Shown here in pieces: positions 48,093 through 62,999 of a stretch of 64,000 bases of DNA. The stretch's first letter is position 1; the number at the start of each line of letters is the position of its first letter. This DNA is from the human T2T-CHM13v2.0 reference genome, Homo sapiens: assembly GCF_009914755.1 (NCBI RefSeq), contig NC_060926.1; one strand, written 5' to 3'. Under the pieces are notes generated by a model. That model did not search any database, was not told the DNA's origin, and saw nothing but the letters and a program-made list of their open reading frames with translations. Both the position numbers and the translations under genes were made by a program.

Positions 48093-48715
48093 GGAGGTAA
48101 ATATGGTAAATGCCTAATCTTCAGGTATATAGCCTCAGTGAAAGCATATGCACAGTAGCATGTTTTGGAAAGGCACACTTTCACCAAGTCCTGATCATCG
48201 TAGAAGACAAGTGTGAAAATTGGAGAAAAAAGAAAAAAATAAAAAAAGGAGGAAGAAGAAAATAGATGAAATTATATTACACATATTTCTCCCATGTGTA
48301 ATATAACACATAAAGAAATCCTATTTCTCCAATGAAAATAGGAGAAAAAAGAAAAAAATATGTCTGATAATTTGAATCTTTTATTTATTTCTCTGTGGAC
48401 AAAATATTATAGTTCATAGTACTCATTTATGTGTGTATATATGCATTAATTATATACTACATATTTTATATATTTTTCCTTTGGCAATATATAGGGAATT
48501 TATCAAGTGCTCACTGTGTGATTGAGAAGTGGCAACGTGAACACAATAGGAAAAAGAATATTTAATTTTTTGAAATATATTTCAATAATATAAAATGGCA
48601 TTATGAGGTGTTCTATTTCATTTCTACTTGTTGAGTTATATTAGCATAACTCTTTTTTTGTCTTTAGGGAGTTGATATTTGTGGAAAAGGTTGCTCCAGA
48701 GACATGTACATATTA

Positions 48716-49024
<309 letters not shown>

Positions 49025-50389
49025 AAAGCATACTTATGATACATAAAAGAGAATAAGAAAGGCAAGGGTACCAAGAGAGTTTGTAAGGTAAGAAATTATA
49101 GTTAATATATGAAGAATAAGTTCTTCAACTAAATTGGGTAACTAAATAAGAATTACCACCTTTTTCTTGTATTTAGTACAAACCCAGGTTAAGAGAAAAT
49201 CAGATTTACTTCTGTGCTCATTGCCATAGTAGTGGTATAGACTAGAGGAAGAAAGTATAATAGAGAAAGGAAAATGTAATATATTCTTGATTGAGAGAGA
49301 GAGGGTAGTCTCCTGCTTCACCAAAACAGGATTTTCCATGTGTAAACTTGATTATCTTATCTGAAAATATTATAAGATTAAGTATATGACTCAATGAAAT
49401 ATCTTTAGCACAAAATTGAGTTGTAAAACTCCCTCTATTTTTAACTTACCGAGTAGTGTTTAACAAGACAATTTATATCCCTGTCATTCATTCCTTCTTG
49501 CAGTAAGATGTATTCTTCTGTATTATTATATATTTTTTATATCCAGAGAAAATGTGAAAGAATTTGAGAAAAGTGAAAAACACAAGAGAAAACAGTATTC
49601 TCCTCTGGAGAAGGAGATGTATACACTGTGTTATGTAGATTCATGGCTGGATCAGAGACTTCAAGTTAATGGAAGAGCCTGAGGAGTCATAAAAGATGCA
49701 TTGAAGGGTTTAGTGAAATAAAGTATTATAGATTATGGTAATGTTTCTTAGGTAGCAAAAGGAAAAGCCCTCAAATCCTACTCAGAAGAAACAAGCAGTT
49801 AGGATAACTCAGTCTAAGGAAGTAAGCTGGAACCAATTATCAGATATTCTGGGTCAATGAAGAGATCCCAGAAGGCCAGAGGAGCTCTCCCACCATGGCA
49901 CCATTCTGGTGACAGCCCACTCCCTACTGACTGGAGATTAGTTATCAAGCATCCCACATGCTCTTTGAGGAAAATGGAGTAAATAAAAATAGCACATAAT
50001 AGGAATCAAGTGGTAGAAAGAATAACTAAACTAATTTTCTAGTTAGGCATAGGGATGCCTTGATTCAGAGAATCAAGGGAATGAGAAAGAATAGTTATAC
50101 TATGTAACATTAGATAAGATCTAACCTAAGCAAAATATTTTCAGAAAATGTAATCATTGACATCTACCTCCTAGCCTGTATTTACTCATCCTTTTAAAAT
50201 GTTGCAATTTTGTATATCTAATAATTCTCATCAGAATGGGCTCCATAGGATAAAGCTGCTGTCAGTCTTCATGTTTACATACGACTGCCAGTCACCATGT
50301 TCTGTCTCCTGGATGGATGTGTAATTCAGTTAATAACTTGTGAATAAGAATGACATGCATATTTTTAATAGGCATTCTTATAACCAAAA

Positions 50390-50510
50390 AATAATTGTGA
50401 ACACTTCACACGTATTAGTTTATTTCACCCTTATAATTAATTCTATTAATCATATTTTTATACTCCCAATTCTACAAATGAGAAAACTGAGGCACAGAAT
50501 ATACCAAATA
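50390..50510 (-). mobile_element. MIR fragment
   Basis: 'cccaattctacaaatgagaaaactgaggcacaga' MIR core. Confidence 0.7.
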
Positions 50511-51411
50511 CTGATCATACTTGATTAAAAGTGGATAGACTTTTCAACCCTATGGACAATATGGAGTCAAAACTACCATATTTATTCTTTAGCTGGAAAC
50601 AATCAAAACAGTGACAAAATATATAAAATAACAATTTCAATGTACTAGATCTCAGGCAATGAAGGACAGTTATCCTTGAGACAGGATAAACAAATAAGGT
50701 AAGTTCCATCTTTACTACAACTTACTGTTTTGAGAGAGTTTCCAGACCAACATGAGGGAGGGGGAAGTCAGGCAGAGCCCAGATGATTGGTTAATTAAAG
50801 AGAAAAATTTGAGAGCCCAGAGAGAAGTTAGCTAGAGCTCTCATTACAGATCTCTGAAGTGGAGATTGCTGCATAGAGAGAGAACACTAGAAATATGGAG
50901 AGGATCCCCCCTTGAGTATCCAGCTGAGTAATGATTAGCATATACATGTGGCAGAGCTAACCAAGATCAGACAAGAAAAGGTCTGAAACTATTAGAGAAA
51001 GTGGTGCCCAAAGCTCATAGGGTCATAAATTGTGTTTCCCCAACAGCCAGGCTAGAAAAACATTATAAATAGCATAAATAGGATGAGGGGAGGCCCTTGA
51101 CTTGGGCAAATAATTTATGAAGATGCCGAAAAAAACTTGCAATCAAAATGCATGTCAATATAATGCAATATTTTGTAAAAATCAATATCGAGGAAAAGAA
51201 TACATGATGAAAAAAATAATTTTAAATAAAGATAGAATCAGCTTTAGAGCCATGCTGTCATATTATAGCCTGAGGCAAAAGGAAAAGGCAGTGATACTGA
51301 ATAGCTGAATTTCTCTTTCACTGAACACTACTCTGAACCCATCTAACATATAAAACAAGTCCCAAAAGAATCATAGTATTTCCAAGTAGCATAATTTCAT
51401 CCAGAAATAGC

Positions 51412-51413
<2 letters not shown>

Positions 51414-51450
<37 letters not shown>
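51414..51450 (+). repeat. (AC)18 microsatellite
   Basis: Direct read. Confidence 0.95.
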
Positions 51451-51455
<5 letters not shown>

Positions 51456-52514
51456 AAATAAGAAAATATCCGTACCCCTAAAAATAAGAAATTTAAAATC
51501 CCTGGCTTTCAATAAGCTGACTAGACATGAAAAGAAGCAGAAAAATGCAACCTCTAGTGAGAAAAAAAATCAGCCTGTCAAGACTTATACCTATGTTGGA
51601 ATTAGGAGTGAAGTATATTAAGATAGTTCATAATCTCATCCATATGTTCAAAAGTTAAGTGGAAATACAGTAGATGTAAAAAAATCCAGTATCTAGAGAT
51701 AAACACTACCGTGTGGCACGTGAAAATAAACTGAGTGGAATTAACTATCAATTCCATATTGAAGAAGAAAAATTTAGTTTACTTGAGAACATAAGAATTT
51801 AGTGAACCCAAAACCAAAACTTAAGGGAAAATTTATGGCACTAAATGCTTGTGTTAGAAAAGAAAAAATATCTCAAGTTAGTGGCTTTCCTTCCTCTTCT
51901 TAAGGAAACAAAGAATTCCAAAGAATAAACAAGAAGTCACTAGAAGAAGGGAAATAATAAATATCAGATCAGAAATCAATATAATAAAAATACGATGAAG
52001 AAAATAATGAAATCAGAAGCTGGCTCCTTGTGATGAGCAATAAAATCGATAAACCTCTGGAAGACTGACCAAGAAAAAGAAAAAAGAAAAATTACTAGTA
52101 TCAGGAGTGACTGTGGTGATAATTACATACTCTCAGATGTTAAGTGAAAAATAAGTGAATCTTATGAACCACTTTATGCCAATAATTTAACAACTTAAAC
52201 AAAATAGAAAAATGTCTCAAAATATGCAAACTACTAAAACTGGATTAAAACAAAATACATAACTTGAATAGCTCTATTTAAAAAATAAATGGAACCAATT
52301 CTGAAAATATATCCCACAAAGAAAACTTTTGTTCCAGATAGTTTCATTAACAGATTCTACCAAATAGTTATTAAAAAGATAATTACAAATCTACAAGAAC
52401 TTTTCTACAAACATAAAACAAAGTAATATTTCTTAACTTATTCCTCGAGGCCAGTATTACCTTGATATGAAAACCACCAAAGATACTATTAAAAATTATA
52501 ATAACAAACTATTA

Positions 52515-52612
52515 ATTTCTAATAAATATTTCTAATAAATATAGATAAAATTTCTATAAATATAGATTTCTAATAAATATAGATAAAAATTTCGAATAAA
52601 TATAGATAAAAA
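52515..52612 (+). repeat. AT-rich minisatellite, about 5 copies of tttctaataaatatagataaaa
   Basis: Direct read; lies within the old L1 ORF2. Confidence 0.85.
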
Positions 52613-53789
52613 ATTATAAATTAAGGTTTAGCAGGTCAAATCCAACAACATATATAAATAACAGTATGTCATGAATAAGGTTTCTATCAGGTCAAGGGTT
52701 TAATATTTTAAAAAATCAATAAAAGTTAATTGACCATACTAATAAACTAGAAAAAATCATTATAATCTCAACATGCATATAAAAAAATTTAATAAAATAT
52801 ACCATCTGTTTCTGATAAAAATTATGAAGCTAAATAGTAAGGAGTCTACATCAACCTGATAAAAGTATTAAAATATAATACAATCTTCATCATAATTATG
52901 AAATGCTAAATGCTTTCCTCCTGACTTGTGTAACTTAATAACAATTCCTACTCCCAACAATGGACTGGGGGTTCTAGTCAGTAAAAAAAGAAAGATTAAA
53001 AAAAAAAACGTACAAACTGGAAAGAGAGAAAACTATTTTCTAGCAACATGATTGTCTATTAGAAAATCTGATTATATCCACAAAAAAATTTGGTAGAAAT
53101 AATAAATGAGTTGATGAAGGTTGGAAGACACGAGATCAATATACAAAAATAAATTGCTATTTTTTATACTGGGAATGAACAACCAAAAATTAATATTAAA
53201 ACAATATCATTTACATTGCTATTAAAAGTATGAAATGCCTGGTGATAAATCTGACATAACAGGTAAAATATATGCACAGAAATAACTACAAAACATTGCT
53301 GAGAGAAATTAAAGAATTCCCAAGAAAATGTGTATTGTGTTCATTGATCAGATACTCAAAATTAAAAACTATTTTTCTATGGACTCAATACAATTCTAAT
53401 CAAAATCTTATATTTGTTTTGTAAAAATTTACATACCAATTCAAAATTCATATTGAAATGCAATAGATCTAGTACAGTGAAACAACTGTTCAAAAGAAGA
53501 ATACGTAATAGTAGGACTCATACTACCTGGCAAAGAATAGAGAATCCAGAAATATACCCACACATGTACAGATGACTGATTTTAGAAAAAGGAGCAAAGG
53601 CAATCCAGAAAAGAAATGGTATATCTTCCAATAAATCTTCCTGGATAAATTGGAAATCTATATGCACAAAAATAACTGATGAATTCCTTGCGGAATATGC
53701 AAATATCCATTTAAAATCAATCATAGATGTAAATATAAAATCTAAATCTATACAACTAATAGAAAAAAATTGGAGAATACTATTTTCAT

Positions 53790-54160
53790 TGTTATAATTA
53801 ATCTTATATGTCAACTTGACTGGAAAGCAGAATGCCCAGATTTCTGGTTAGACATTATTCTGGGTGTGTTTGTGAGTGGGACACATCCAAAACATTTTAG
53901 GCCTAAGTAGAACAAAAGGTTAAGGAAGGGAGTATTCCTTCTTTCTCTGCCCGTTTTTGAGCTGGATCATTGGTCTTCTCTGGCACCCAGACTGGAACTC
54001 TCACTTACCTCTCCTCTTTCCCAAGACTTTGGACTTGGTCTGTAATTACACTACCAGCTCTCCTGGGTCTCCAGCTTGCAGACAGCAGATGATGGGACTT
54101 CTTAAGCTTCATAATCACTTAAGCCAATTTCCTAAAAATGATTATCTTTCTGTCTCTCCA
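53790..54160 (+). mobile_element. MLT2 (MLT2D-like) ERVL LTR
   Basis: 'tgtcaacttgactgg...tgcccagat', 'ctcctgggtctccagcttgcagacagcagatgatgggacttct'. Confidence 0.85.
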
Positions 54161-54431
54161 TTTACCTAGCACTTTCAATATTTTATATGTAAAAATTGCC
54201 CTTTACTAAATTATTTTTCCTAAAATATCTAGAGTAGTGTCTTACATTTGTAACTGAATTCTGACTGAGATATTGACACTTCATAGTGACAAATCATATT
54301 CCGCAGACAGATATCTGTCACTCTTAAGAAAAGCCTGGTATGGACTTTAAAATTAAGGAGAATTTAATTACAAACTACATGTAGAGAATTTACTTTTATC
54401 TACAGCATCATTTATTAAAGATGAGGGTTAA

Positions 54432-54487
54432 ATATATATATATATATAACTATATATTTATATATATAGATATAAAACTATATATAT
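54432..54487. repeat. (TA)n-rich low-complexity tract
   Basis: Direct read. Confidence 0.85.
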
Positions 54488-54727
54488 GTTTTATTTTGTT
54501 TCTATAGTTTTTGTGGAACAGGTGGTTTTTGGTTACATGGATAAGTTCTGTAGTGGTGACTTTTGAGATTTTGGTGCATCTGTTACTCAAGGAGTGTACA
54601 CAGTGTACACCCAATATGTAGTGTTTTATTCCTCAGGCCCCTCCCACCCTTCCCCTTGAGTCCCCAAAGTCCATTATGTCTTTATTATGCTTTTGCATCC
54701 TCATAGCTGAGCTCCAACTTGTAAGTA

Positions 54728-54732
<5 letters not shown>
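54488..54732 (-). mobile_element. L1PB1-like 3'UTR fragment
   Basis: 'ggaacaggtggtttttggttacatggataagttc...agtccccaaagtccatt...catcctcatagct'. Confidence 0.85.

Positions 54733-54779
<47 letters not shown>
54733..54779 (+). repeat. (AC)23 microsatellite
   Basis: Direct read. Confidence 0.95.
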
Positions 54780-54781
<2 letters not shown>

Positions 54782-55859
54782 ATTAAAACTGTGTGATTGT
54801 CCAGGAAGCTCCATGTGCTTAGACTTTTAAAGGACTTTCTCATTTATATGCCTTTCATCAAGTTTCCATGTTGCTTTACAGTGAATCTAAATTTAAGTGT
54901 AAGCCAAGAACGCCACGGTAGTGTCTTCCTTGTCTGTGCTTAATAGAGTGATATCCTGTGCTTATGTAGGCATTGGTGTATTTAGGCATTGATTTCTGCA
55001 CCTAATGGCTCACTAAACTACATAGTAAATATGTACATCATATGAATTTTTAAATATCACATTTTATTAAAAATGGAAAACATAAATTTGCTATAATCAA
55101 TGCAAGTGACATAGTCGTGAATAGCTATGAAACCCATTATTTGGTAGAAATGTTCCACTATTATTATAGAAAATAATCAATCTTTAATATACATACCATC
55201 TCTATCTTCTTTCTTCATATGATTTTGTGAATTCAGGCAGATTATTTCATTTTTTTACGTTAACTTCTACATTTTTTGAGGAAAAAGAATAACAATAGGT
55301 CAGGGGAATAAATGGAATGGCCAAATTGGGCAGAGCCACAAAATTCAGTTGAAATAGAATCCACTGGTTTGTGTAAATATGAATTAATGAAAAACATTCC
55401 AGGAGACATGAAACCCCAAATAATAAATGGCAACAGGAATTGAATTGGAGAAGATATTGTTTAATATTTATAAATTTCTGCTACAAATGATAATTGTTTT
55501 GGGGAAATCTTACATCATAAACAAGACTTTTATATATATGACTCAAGTTATAGGCTAAAAATAAATTTTTAAAAAATTTTTAGCTCTGTATGTTTCTGTC
55601 TATGCCTGTGTACACACACACATTACTACTCAAAAATTAATAAATATAATTTTATTGGAAAATGTTTAGAAGAACAAAATATGTATAACAAAAGTGATTC
55701 AAAGTCATTTCATACTCTTTCAGAAAGTCTTTGCAAAAATCTCCAATATCTTTCAACAAATCACTATAGAAACTGTCCTAGGGTCTGAAAATCAAAATAA
55801 TTACAAAAATATTTAGAATAAGAAAACAAAAATAGAAATAATATGGTGAAGTATGAAAG

Positions 55860-56413
55860 TGTCAGAGGCGTTTGAACCACAGCAACTCCATCTTGAGTAG
55901 GGACCAGGCAAAATGAGGCTGAGACCTACTGGGCTGCATTCCCAGATGGTTAAGGATGGTTAAGGCAATCTAAGTCACAGAATGACATAGGAGGTTGGCA
56001 CAAGATACAGGTCATAAAGACCTTGCTGATAAAACAGTTTGCAGTAAAGAAGCCAGCTAAAACCCACCAAAACCAACATGGCAACAAGAGTGACCTCTGG
56101 TTGTCCTCACTGCTACACTCCCATCAGCACCATGACAGTTTATAAATGCCATGGAATGTCAGGGAGTAACTCTATACGGTCTAAAAAGGGGAGGCATGAA
56201 TAATACACCCCTTGTTTAGCAAATCTTCAAGACATAACCATAAAAATGGGCAACCAGTAGTTTTTGGGGCTGCTCTGTCTATGGAATAGCCATTCTTTTA
56301 TTCCTCTACTTTCTTAATAAACTTGCTTTCACTTTACTCTATGGACTCATCCTTGAGTGGCATATAAAAAAATCTTCTCTTGGGGTCTAAATCGGGACCC
56401 CTTTTCTGTAACA
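55860..56413 (+). mobile_element. MER41A solo LTR (ERV1)
   Basis: 'tgtcagaggcgtttgaaccacagcaactccatcttg' to 'ggaccccttttctgtaaca'; 554 bp; 4-bp TSD aaag (55856-55859, 56414-56417). Confidence 0.92.
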
Positions 56414-58289
56414 AAAGCAAGATTTCAACAAAATTATTAGGCAATTATTAAATCCCTGGAATGACTATTACATGTTCCAGAACCTCATTCTCACTCCTAC
56501 AGACCCAAATCGAAGCACAGGGAAGATAAAGCCTTGTTCAAAGTTACTTGCAATTCTCGTCAGAGCTGAATTGTAAGCAAGCAACCCAGTCCTGTACTTT
56601 TTCCTTTCCCTTGAAGAGGTGGCATTTATTTAAACTAAGACTAAAAATGTAAATGTTTGCATAGGAGTGAATGATCAGGATAATTGAGCCTTAAAGTTCT
56701 CATAATCTCTTTCTCCAGTGGAAAAAAAATACACACATTATCTCTCTCTCTCTCTCAATTGAAAGGGCATTGAAACCTAATGCCATCTAATTTTCATCAG
56801 TAAGTACATCAATTAGAATGGAAATTCATAAGGGCCAGCATGCTGGTTAATATCCATTTAAGTAATATAATGTATTCTATTGGGCTGATTTGGTTGAAAG
56901 TCACTTATGATGAGGATAATAATCTGTTTATATTCCCACAATCTGTTCACCCAAGCAATCCTAGAGACAAGATATCTTTCATATTTAGTAGAAGCAAGGC
57001 CATTGTCTGTTAGTGTTAGAGAAATAATGTTGATTAGAAACAATATTTTGAAATAGGAGGATTATTCTTAAAAAATTATAAGGAAATATTTGTGTAAGAG
57101 ATTATAAATTTAGGACCAAAAATTTCATATGTTAGTTTTTTTTTTCTAATTGCTCATATATAAGATTATTGTGCTATACTGTAACATCTCAGTTTTTATA
57201 TAATACAGATGTGAAATAACATCAAAATGTGTTTATGTACTTAGTTTGTGGTTTTAGGCATAATAACAGAGTAAAAGGTGGTTACCAAATGTCAAGGTAG
57301 TTGATTATGGCTAATTAAAATGTAATTTAATTTTTTCATTTGTTCCAAATAGTTTTGTTTGTGACACCCCCAAAATCTTGTATATTATAGCTCTAAATTA
57401 GCTTCCAAACTGTACTCAAACTATTATTTGATACTTGTCTCTCCCACATATATAAGCTAACAAACCACCTTCTCTCTCATTTGCTCTGTCTTGTTTATAG
57501 CCTTTGCTCATGCAATTCTGCCTTTCTAGAAAAGATTGTTTTATTGTTTTTGGATTGTTTCTTGGTTTTATTTACTTACTCAATTTAACTAAAATCTATT
57601 TAGATTTCAAGGGAAAGCTGAGATGATTTTATTTCTTGGAAATTTTTCAAGATAACATTTCCCATGAGAATACCACTCTGCCCATCACTTGTTTTCCCGA
57701 ACACTTATAATATTTAATATGAATATTTAAATAGCTATATGAATTTTTCTGCTTTGTGACTTTTGCACTGAGGGTTTGTGTTTCATACTGATACTTATAT
57801 GTTCTTTAATTTTATTAGTCTCACTAATCCATGTATATCATAAACATTTTGATTAAGGAGAACTTTCAAAATATGTCTTCCACCTCTTAAAAGAGCTCTG
57901 AGTGGAATTTATAGAACAAGAAGTCAGAATATGACTTTTTAGTGCTTGTTCCCTACAGAAGCATCAATTTGAACAATTATCCATTCATAAAAATACCTTC
58001 ATAAGAGTTAAGAAATCCAAATGAGTGAGTATAATACTTGAAGCATAGAAATAAAAAGAGATACACTGATGAGAGAAGGAGGGATAGTTTCACATTTCCT
58101 AAGTCACCCCTGCCCCAAGTCCAGAAAGCACAGCATGGACAAAATACCCTTCACATGGGAAAAGAAGAGTAAAGTGAATACCTGGCTTTGCTGTGGACTT
58201 CCAGCAACTGGCGTGCCCCATGAAACCCAGGTCGAAGACTCAAGCAACACCGGAATGACCTCTGTGACCCCACACTGCAGGTTACCCCG

Positions 58290-58900
58290 AAAGACACATG
58301 AGCATAGCCTCCAGTTCAGAACCCATGGTCCTAGGCTTTTTGGCAGGCATCCGTGGTTCCAGGCACCATGGCAGTACATATAGGCCCAAACTCCAGACTG
58401 ACCCCTGGAGACCCAGATTCCAGTGGACTCAGGGGCCAGGCCTGCTTCAATAAACTCCAGTTGTGGTCCAAACCCATGGACCCAGACTCCAGGACCACTT
58501 CTGCAGACCCAGAACTCAGGCCTGCTGCCACAGCTAAGGATCAAGGTCTGGTCCATTGTCAGATCAGCCCTCATTGACTCAGCCTTCAGTCTTGTCCTCA
58601 TGGATCTGGGCATCAGGCTCATCGTAGTGCAAGGGCTGCCCTCACAGACTCAGGCTTGAGGCCTGCCCCAGCACTGTGTTGGCTTCTGTCTACCCAGGTT
58701 CCAGGCACACTCTCTACAGGCCCAGTCAGCAAACCAACCATAGTAGACCCTAGAACCAGGATGGAACCCCTGGATTCAGGATCCAGGCTTATCCCAGTGG
58801 ACCTAAGCTCTAGGCCTGCACCAGCAGATGCAGAGACCAAAGTGGCCCCAATGAACTAGTGCCTGACCAGCCCACAGGCTGATACAGGCAACAGACCATC
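58290..58900 (+). repeat. Degenerate GC-rich tandem repeats of the L1M 5'UTR
   Basis: Recurring 'ggacccag(a/g)ctccagg' / 'ccagtggac' / 'aggcctgc' units. Confidence 0.7.
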
Positions 58901-60658
58901 TTGCCTAAGAATTCCTGCAGAAAGCCTCTCCATGAACCCCACCAGATGGTCTACCCAGAATCTCTAGACAGGAAGACTGATGAAAGGATTTCCCTGACAA
59001 AGCCAGTCTATAAAGACTGGAATAAGTGCCTATTTCTTCAAATGTGCAGATACTAATTCAGAAACACAAGTCTTAAAAAAAAAATCAAGGAAAAGGACAT
59101 AACCAAAAAAGTAACAACAAAAGCACCAGTAACCAATCTGAAATAAACAGAGATTTATGAAAGGCCTGAGAAATAAATTTTAAAAACACCTTAAGTTCAG
59201 TGAGCTACAAGAAAACACAGACAACTAAACATAGTTAGGGAAAACTACATGAAAAAAATGAGAGTTCAACAAATAGATAGAAACCATCAAAAAGAACCAA
59301 TCAAAAAACTGGAGCTAAAGTTCACAAAGACTAAGCTAAAAAATTCTACACAGAGCTTCAATAGCAGACATAAACAAGCAGAAGGAAACAGTGAGCTTGA
59401 AGTCAGATATCTGAAATTATGTAGTCAGCGGAAAAAAAAACTAAAAAGTAAGGAAAATTTATGGGACTTAAAGGATATTGTTAAACATATCAATGTATGC
59501 ATTATAGATTTCCCAGAAGGAGCAGAGAAAGAGAAAGGGGACAGAATGCTTATTTAAATAAATAATGACCGAATACTTTTCAATTCTGGAAAAGGAAACA
59601 AACATACAGATTCAGAAATTTCAAATAACTATAAATAAATTAAATAGAGATTTTTACTGAAGCATGTCACAACTAGATTCTCAAATGTTAGAGAGAATTT
59701 TGAAAGCAGCAGGAGAAAAGCATCTTGTCACATGTAAGGGAGCCTCCATAACAGTATCAGTGGATTTCTCAGCAGAAACTTTGCAGGACAGGAGAGAGTG
59801 TGGTCATATATTCAAAGTGTTGGAAAAAACAAACAAGCATGACAACTACCATTAAGTATACTATACCTGGCAAAGTTTTCCTTCAGAAATAACAGAAATA
59901 AGGCTTTTCCCAGACAAATAAATGCTATGGGAGTTTGTCACCACTAGTTTGCCTTACAAGAAGTGCTAAAGGGAGCTCTTCAAGTTGAAATAAAAGGATA
60001 CTAACGAACGACATAAAAACATATGCAAGTATGAAACTCACTGGTAAAAGGAATGTACTCAGATTGAGAATATTGTAATAGTGTTATGGTGCGTAAATCA
60101 CATTTAAAGCAGATTTAAAAGTTAAAAGACACAAATATTTAAAGTAATCATAGATAAATATTTTGTTAATGGGCACATAATATATTTAAAAGTTTAAGTT
60201 GTGACATTAGTGACATATAATGTGAGAAAAGGAAATATTAAAATTTACATTTAAAAAATGTGAAGTTGCTTAACTGCTTAAAATATACTGTTATAACTAT
60301 AAAGTGTTTTATATAAGCCTCACAATAACCAAAAGGGATATATGTATAATAGATACACAAAAGATAAAGAGAAAAGGATCAAAGCCTACCACTACCAAAA
60401 AAAAAAAAAATCAAACCTAAAAGAAAAAGAGCAGAAGATTAAATGGAACAAAGTAACTGCAAAATAATCAGAGAACAATCAACAAAAGGAAAGCAGTAAG
60501 CCATTTTCTAACAATAATTACTTTAACTAGAAATGGATTAATAACCTCCTAATAGATGAAATAGACATTAAGTCAAGAACAGTGGTAAGAGATAAAGAAA
60601 GTCATAGTACAATGATAAAGGGGTCAATTTATCAAGAGGATTAAAAATTGTAAATTTA

Positions 60659-61059
<401 letters not shown>

Positions 61060-62999
61060 TCAATACCCCAATTTCAACAAAGGATAGAACATCCAGGCTG
61101 AAATTCAATTAGGTAACAGCAAAGCAGACTTCAGCAATATAGACCTAAGAGACATATACAGAACCTTCCATGCAACTGCAGAAAAATATATACGTAAATG
61201 CACATGGAATACTCTCTAAGATCAATCAAATGTTAGACCTCAAAACAAGTCTTACCAAGTTTAAAAATATTTAAATCTCATAAAATATTTTTTCGGACCA
61301 CAGTCATATGGAAATGGAGATCAATAAAAAGAAGAAAATTGTAAAATTTACAGACACATGGAAGATAAAAAAGACACTCCTGGATGACGAATTGTCAAAG
61401 GAGAAATAATCAAAAGAGAATTCAAATAGTATCTTGAGACAAATGAATGGAAACATAAGCCTACTAAGACTTATGTGTTGCAGCAAAATGAGTTATAAGA
61501 GTGAAGTTTATAGAAATACATGCCTACATTAATAAAAAGAAACATCTAAAATAAACAAACTAATGTCACCTGTTAAGGAAGTAGAATAGTGAAACATGCT
61601 AAACCAAAAATCAGCAAAAAAGGAGTTAATAAACTCAAAGCAGAAATAAATAGGAAACTACAAAAACAATTGAAAAGGTAAATGATATTGAGATTTTTTT
61701 TTTAAAAAAAGAAACTCACATTTTAGAAACCTGTAAGTAAGCTAGCCAGTAAAAAAGAAAGAAAAATAAATAAATAAAATTATAAATGGCAGAGCAGACA
61801 TTATTATCAGTACCACAGAAATGCAAAGGAGTACAAGAAACTAACCTACACAATTATATGCCAACATATAGGATAATTTAGAAGAAATGGATACATTTCT
61901 AGAAACATACAACCTACCAAGACTGAATCGTGAAGAAATAGAATATATTAATAAAGAAATAATGAGTAAGGAGATTGAATCAGTGACTAAAATCCTCTTA
62001 AGAAAGAAATGCTCAGAACCTGATGTATTCACTGGTAAATTTGACCAAACATTTATGGTAATTATGCCAATCATTCTCAAACTCTTCCAAAATTGAAAAG
62101 GAGGAAACATTTTCAAATTTATTTTACAAGGCTATCATTACCCTAATACCAAAATAAGACAAAAATTCTAAAATAAATGAAATTTATAGGCCAATATCCC
62201 TGATGAAATAGCATCAAGAATCCTCAACAAAATGCTAGCAAACCAAAATCAACAGCACATGAAAGTGTTCATACACAAAATTTAAGTGGAATTTATACCT
62301 GGGATGCAAGGATAATTTAATGTATGCAAATAAAGAAAGGTGATACACCACATTAACAGAATAGAAGATAAAACCATACTATCATCTCAATAAATACAGC
62401 AATAGCATTTGAAAAAATGCAACATCCATTCATGATAAAAATTCTCAGCAAATTGGGTATAAAAAGAATGAATCTCCACACGATAAAGGACATACATGAC
62501 AACACCACAGCTAATATTATACTTAATGGTGGCAAGCTGAAAACTTTTCTTATAAGATCAGGAAGAAGATGAGGAAGCCCACTCTCACCACATATATTCA
62601 ACACAGTACTGGATGTTTTAACCAGGACAATTAGGAAAGAGAAATAAATAAAAGACATCTAATTGGAAAGGAAGAAGTTAAATTGCCTTAATATGACACA
62701 ATCATATATAGAAAACCTAAACACTCCCTCAAAAGAGTATTAGAGCTAATAAATGGATTCAGTAAAGTTTAGAATAGAAAATCATCATACCAAAATAGTA
62801 GTGTCTCTAAACAGTAACAAGAAACTATCTGAAAAAGCAATCAAGAAAATGATTTCACTCTTCTCCTGCCCACTCTGGCCCATGCTTGGCTAAGGTCCAT
62901 GGGTGCCTGTGGGCTATCCAGTGAGTAGGCAACTCTGTGCTGCCAGACCACCCAGCTCAGGTCTCAGCACCCAGCACAACTGTGCCCCTCCTCCTCCAA

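Larger units (their letters stand above)
50535..53789 (+). mobile_element. Old L1M (L1MC/MD-type): 5'UTR, ORF1 remnant and degraded ORF2
   Basis: 5' 'ggcaatgaaggacag...gagagagtttccag'; ORF2 motifs 'gggaaaatttatggcactaaatgc', 'gaggccagtattaccttgat', 'gatcaatatacaaaaat', 'ccagaaatatacccacac'. Confidence 0.75.

Noticed and set aside
58069-58859. Cluster of overlapping ORFs up to 172 aa
   Set aside because: Arises from GC-rich tandem repeats in an old L1 5'UTR; no recognisable protein.
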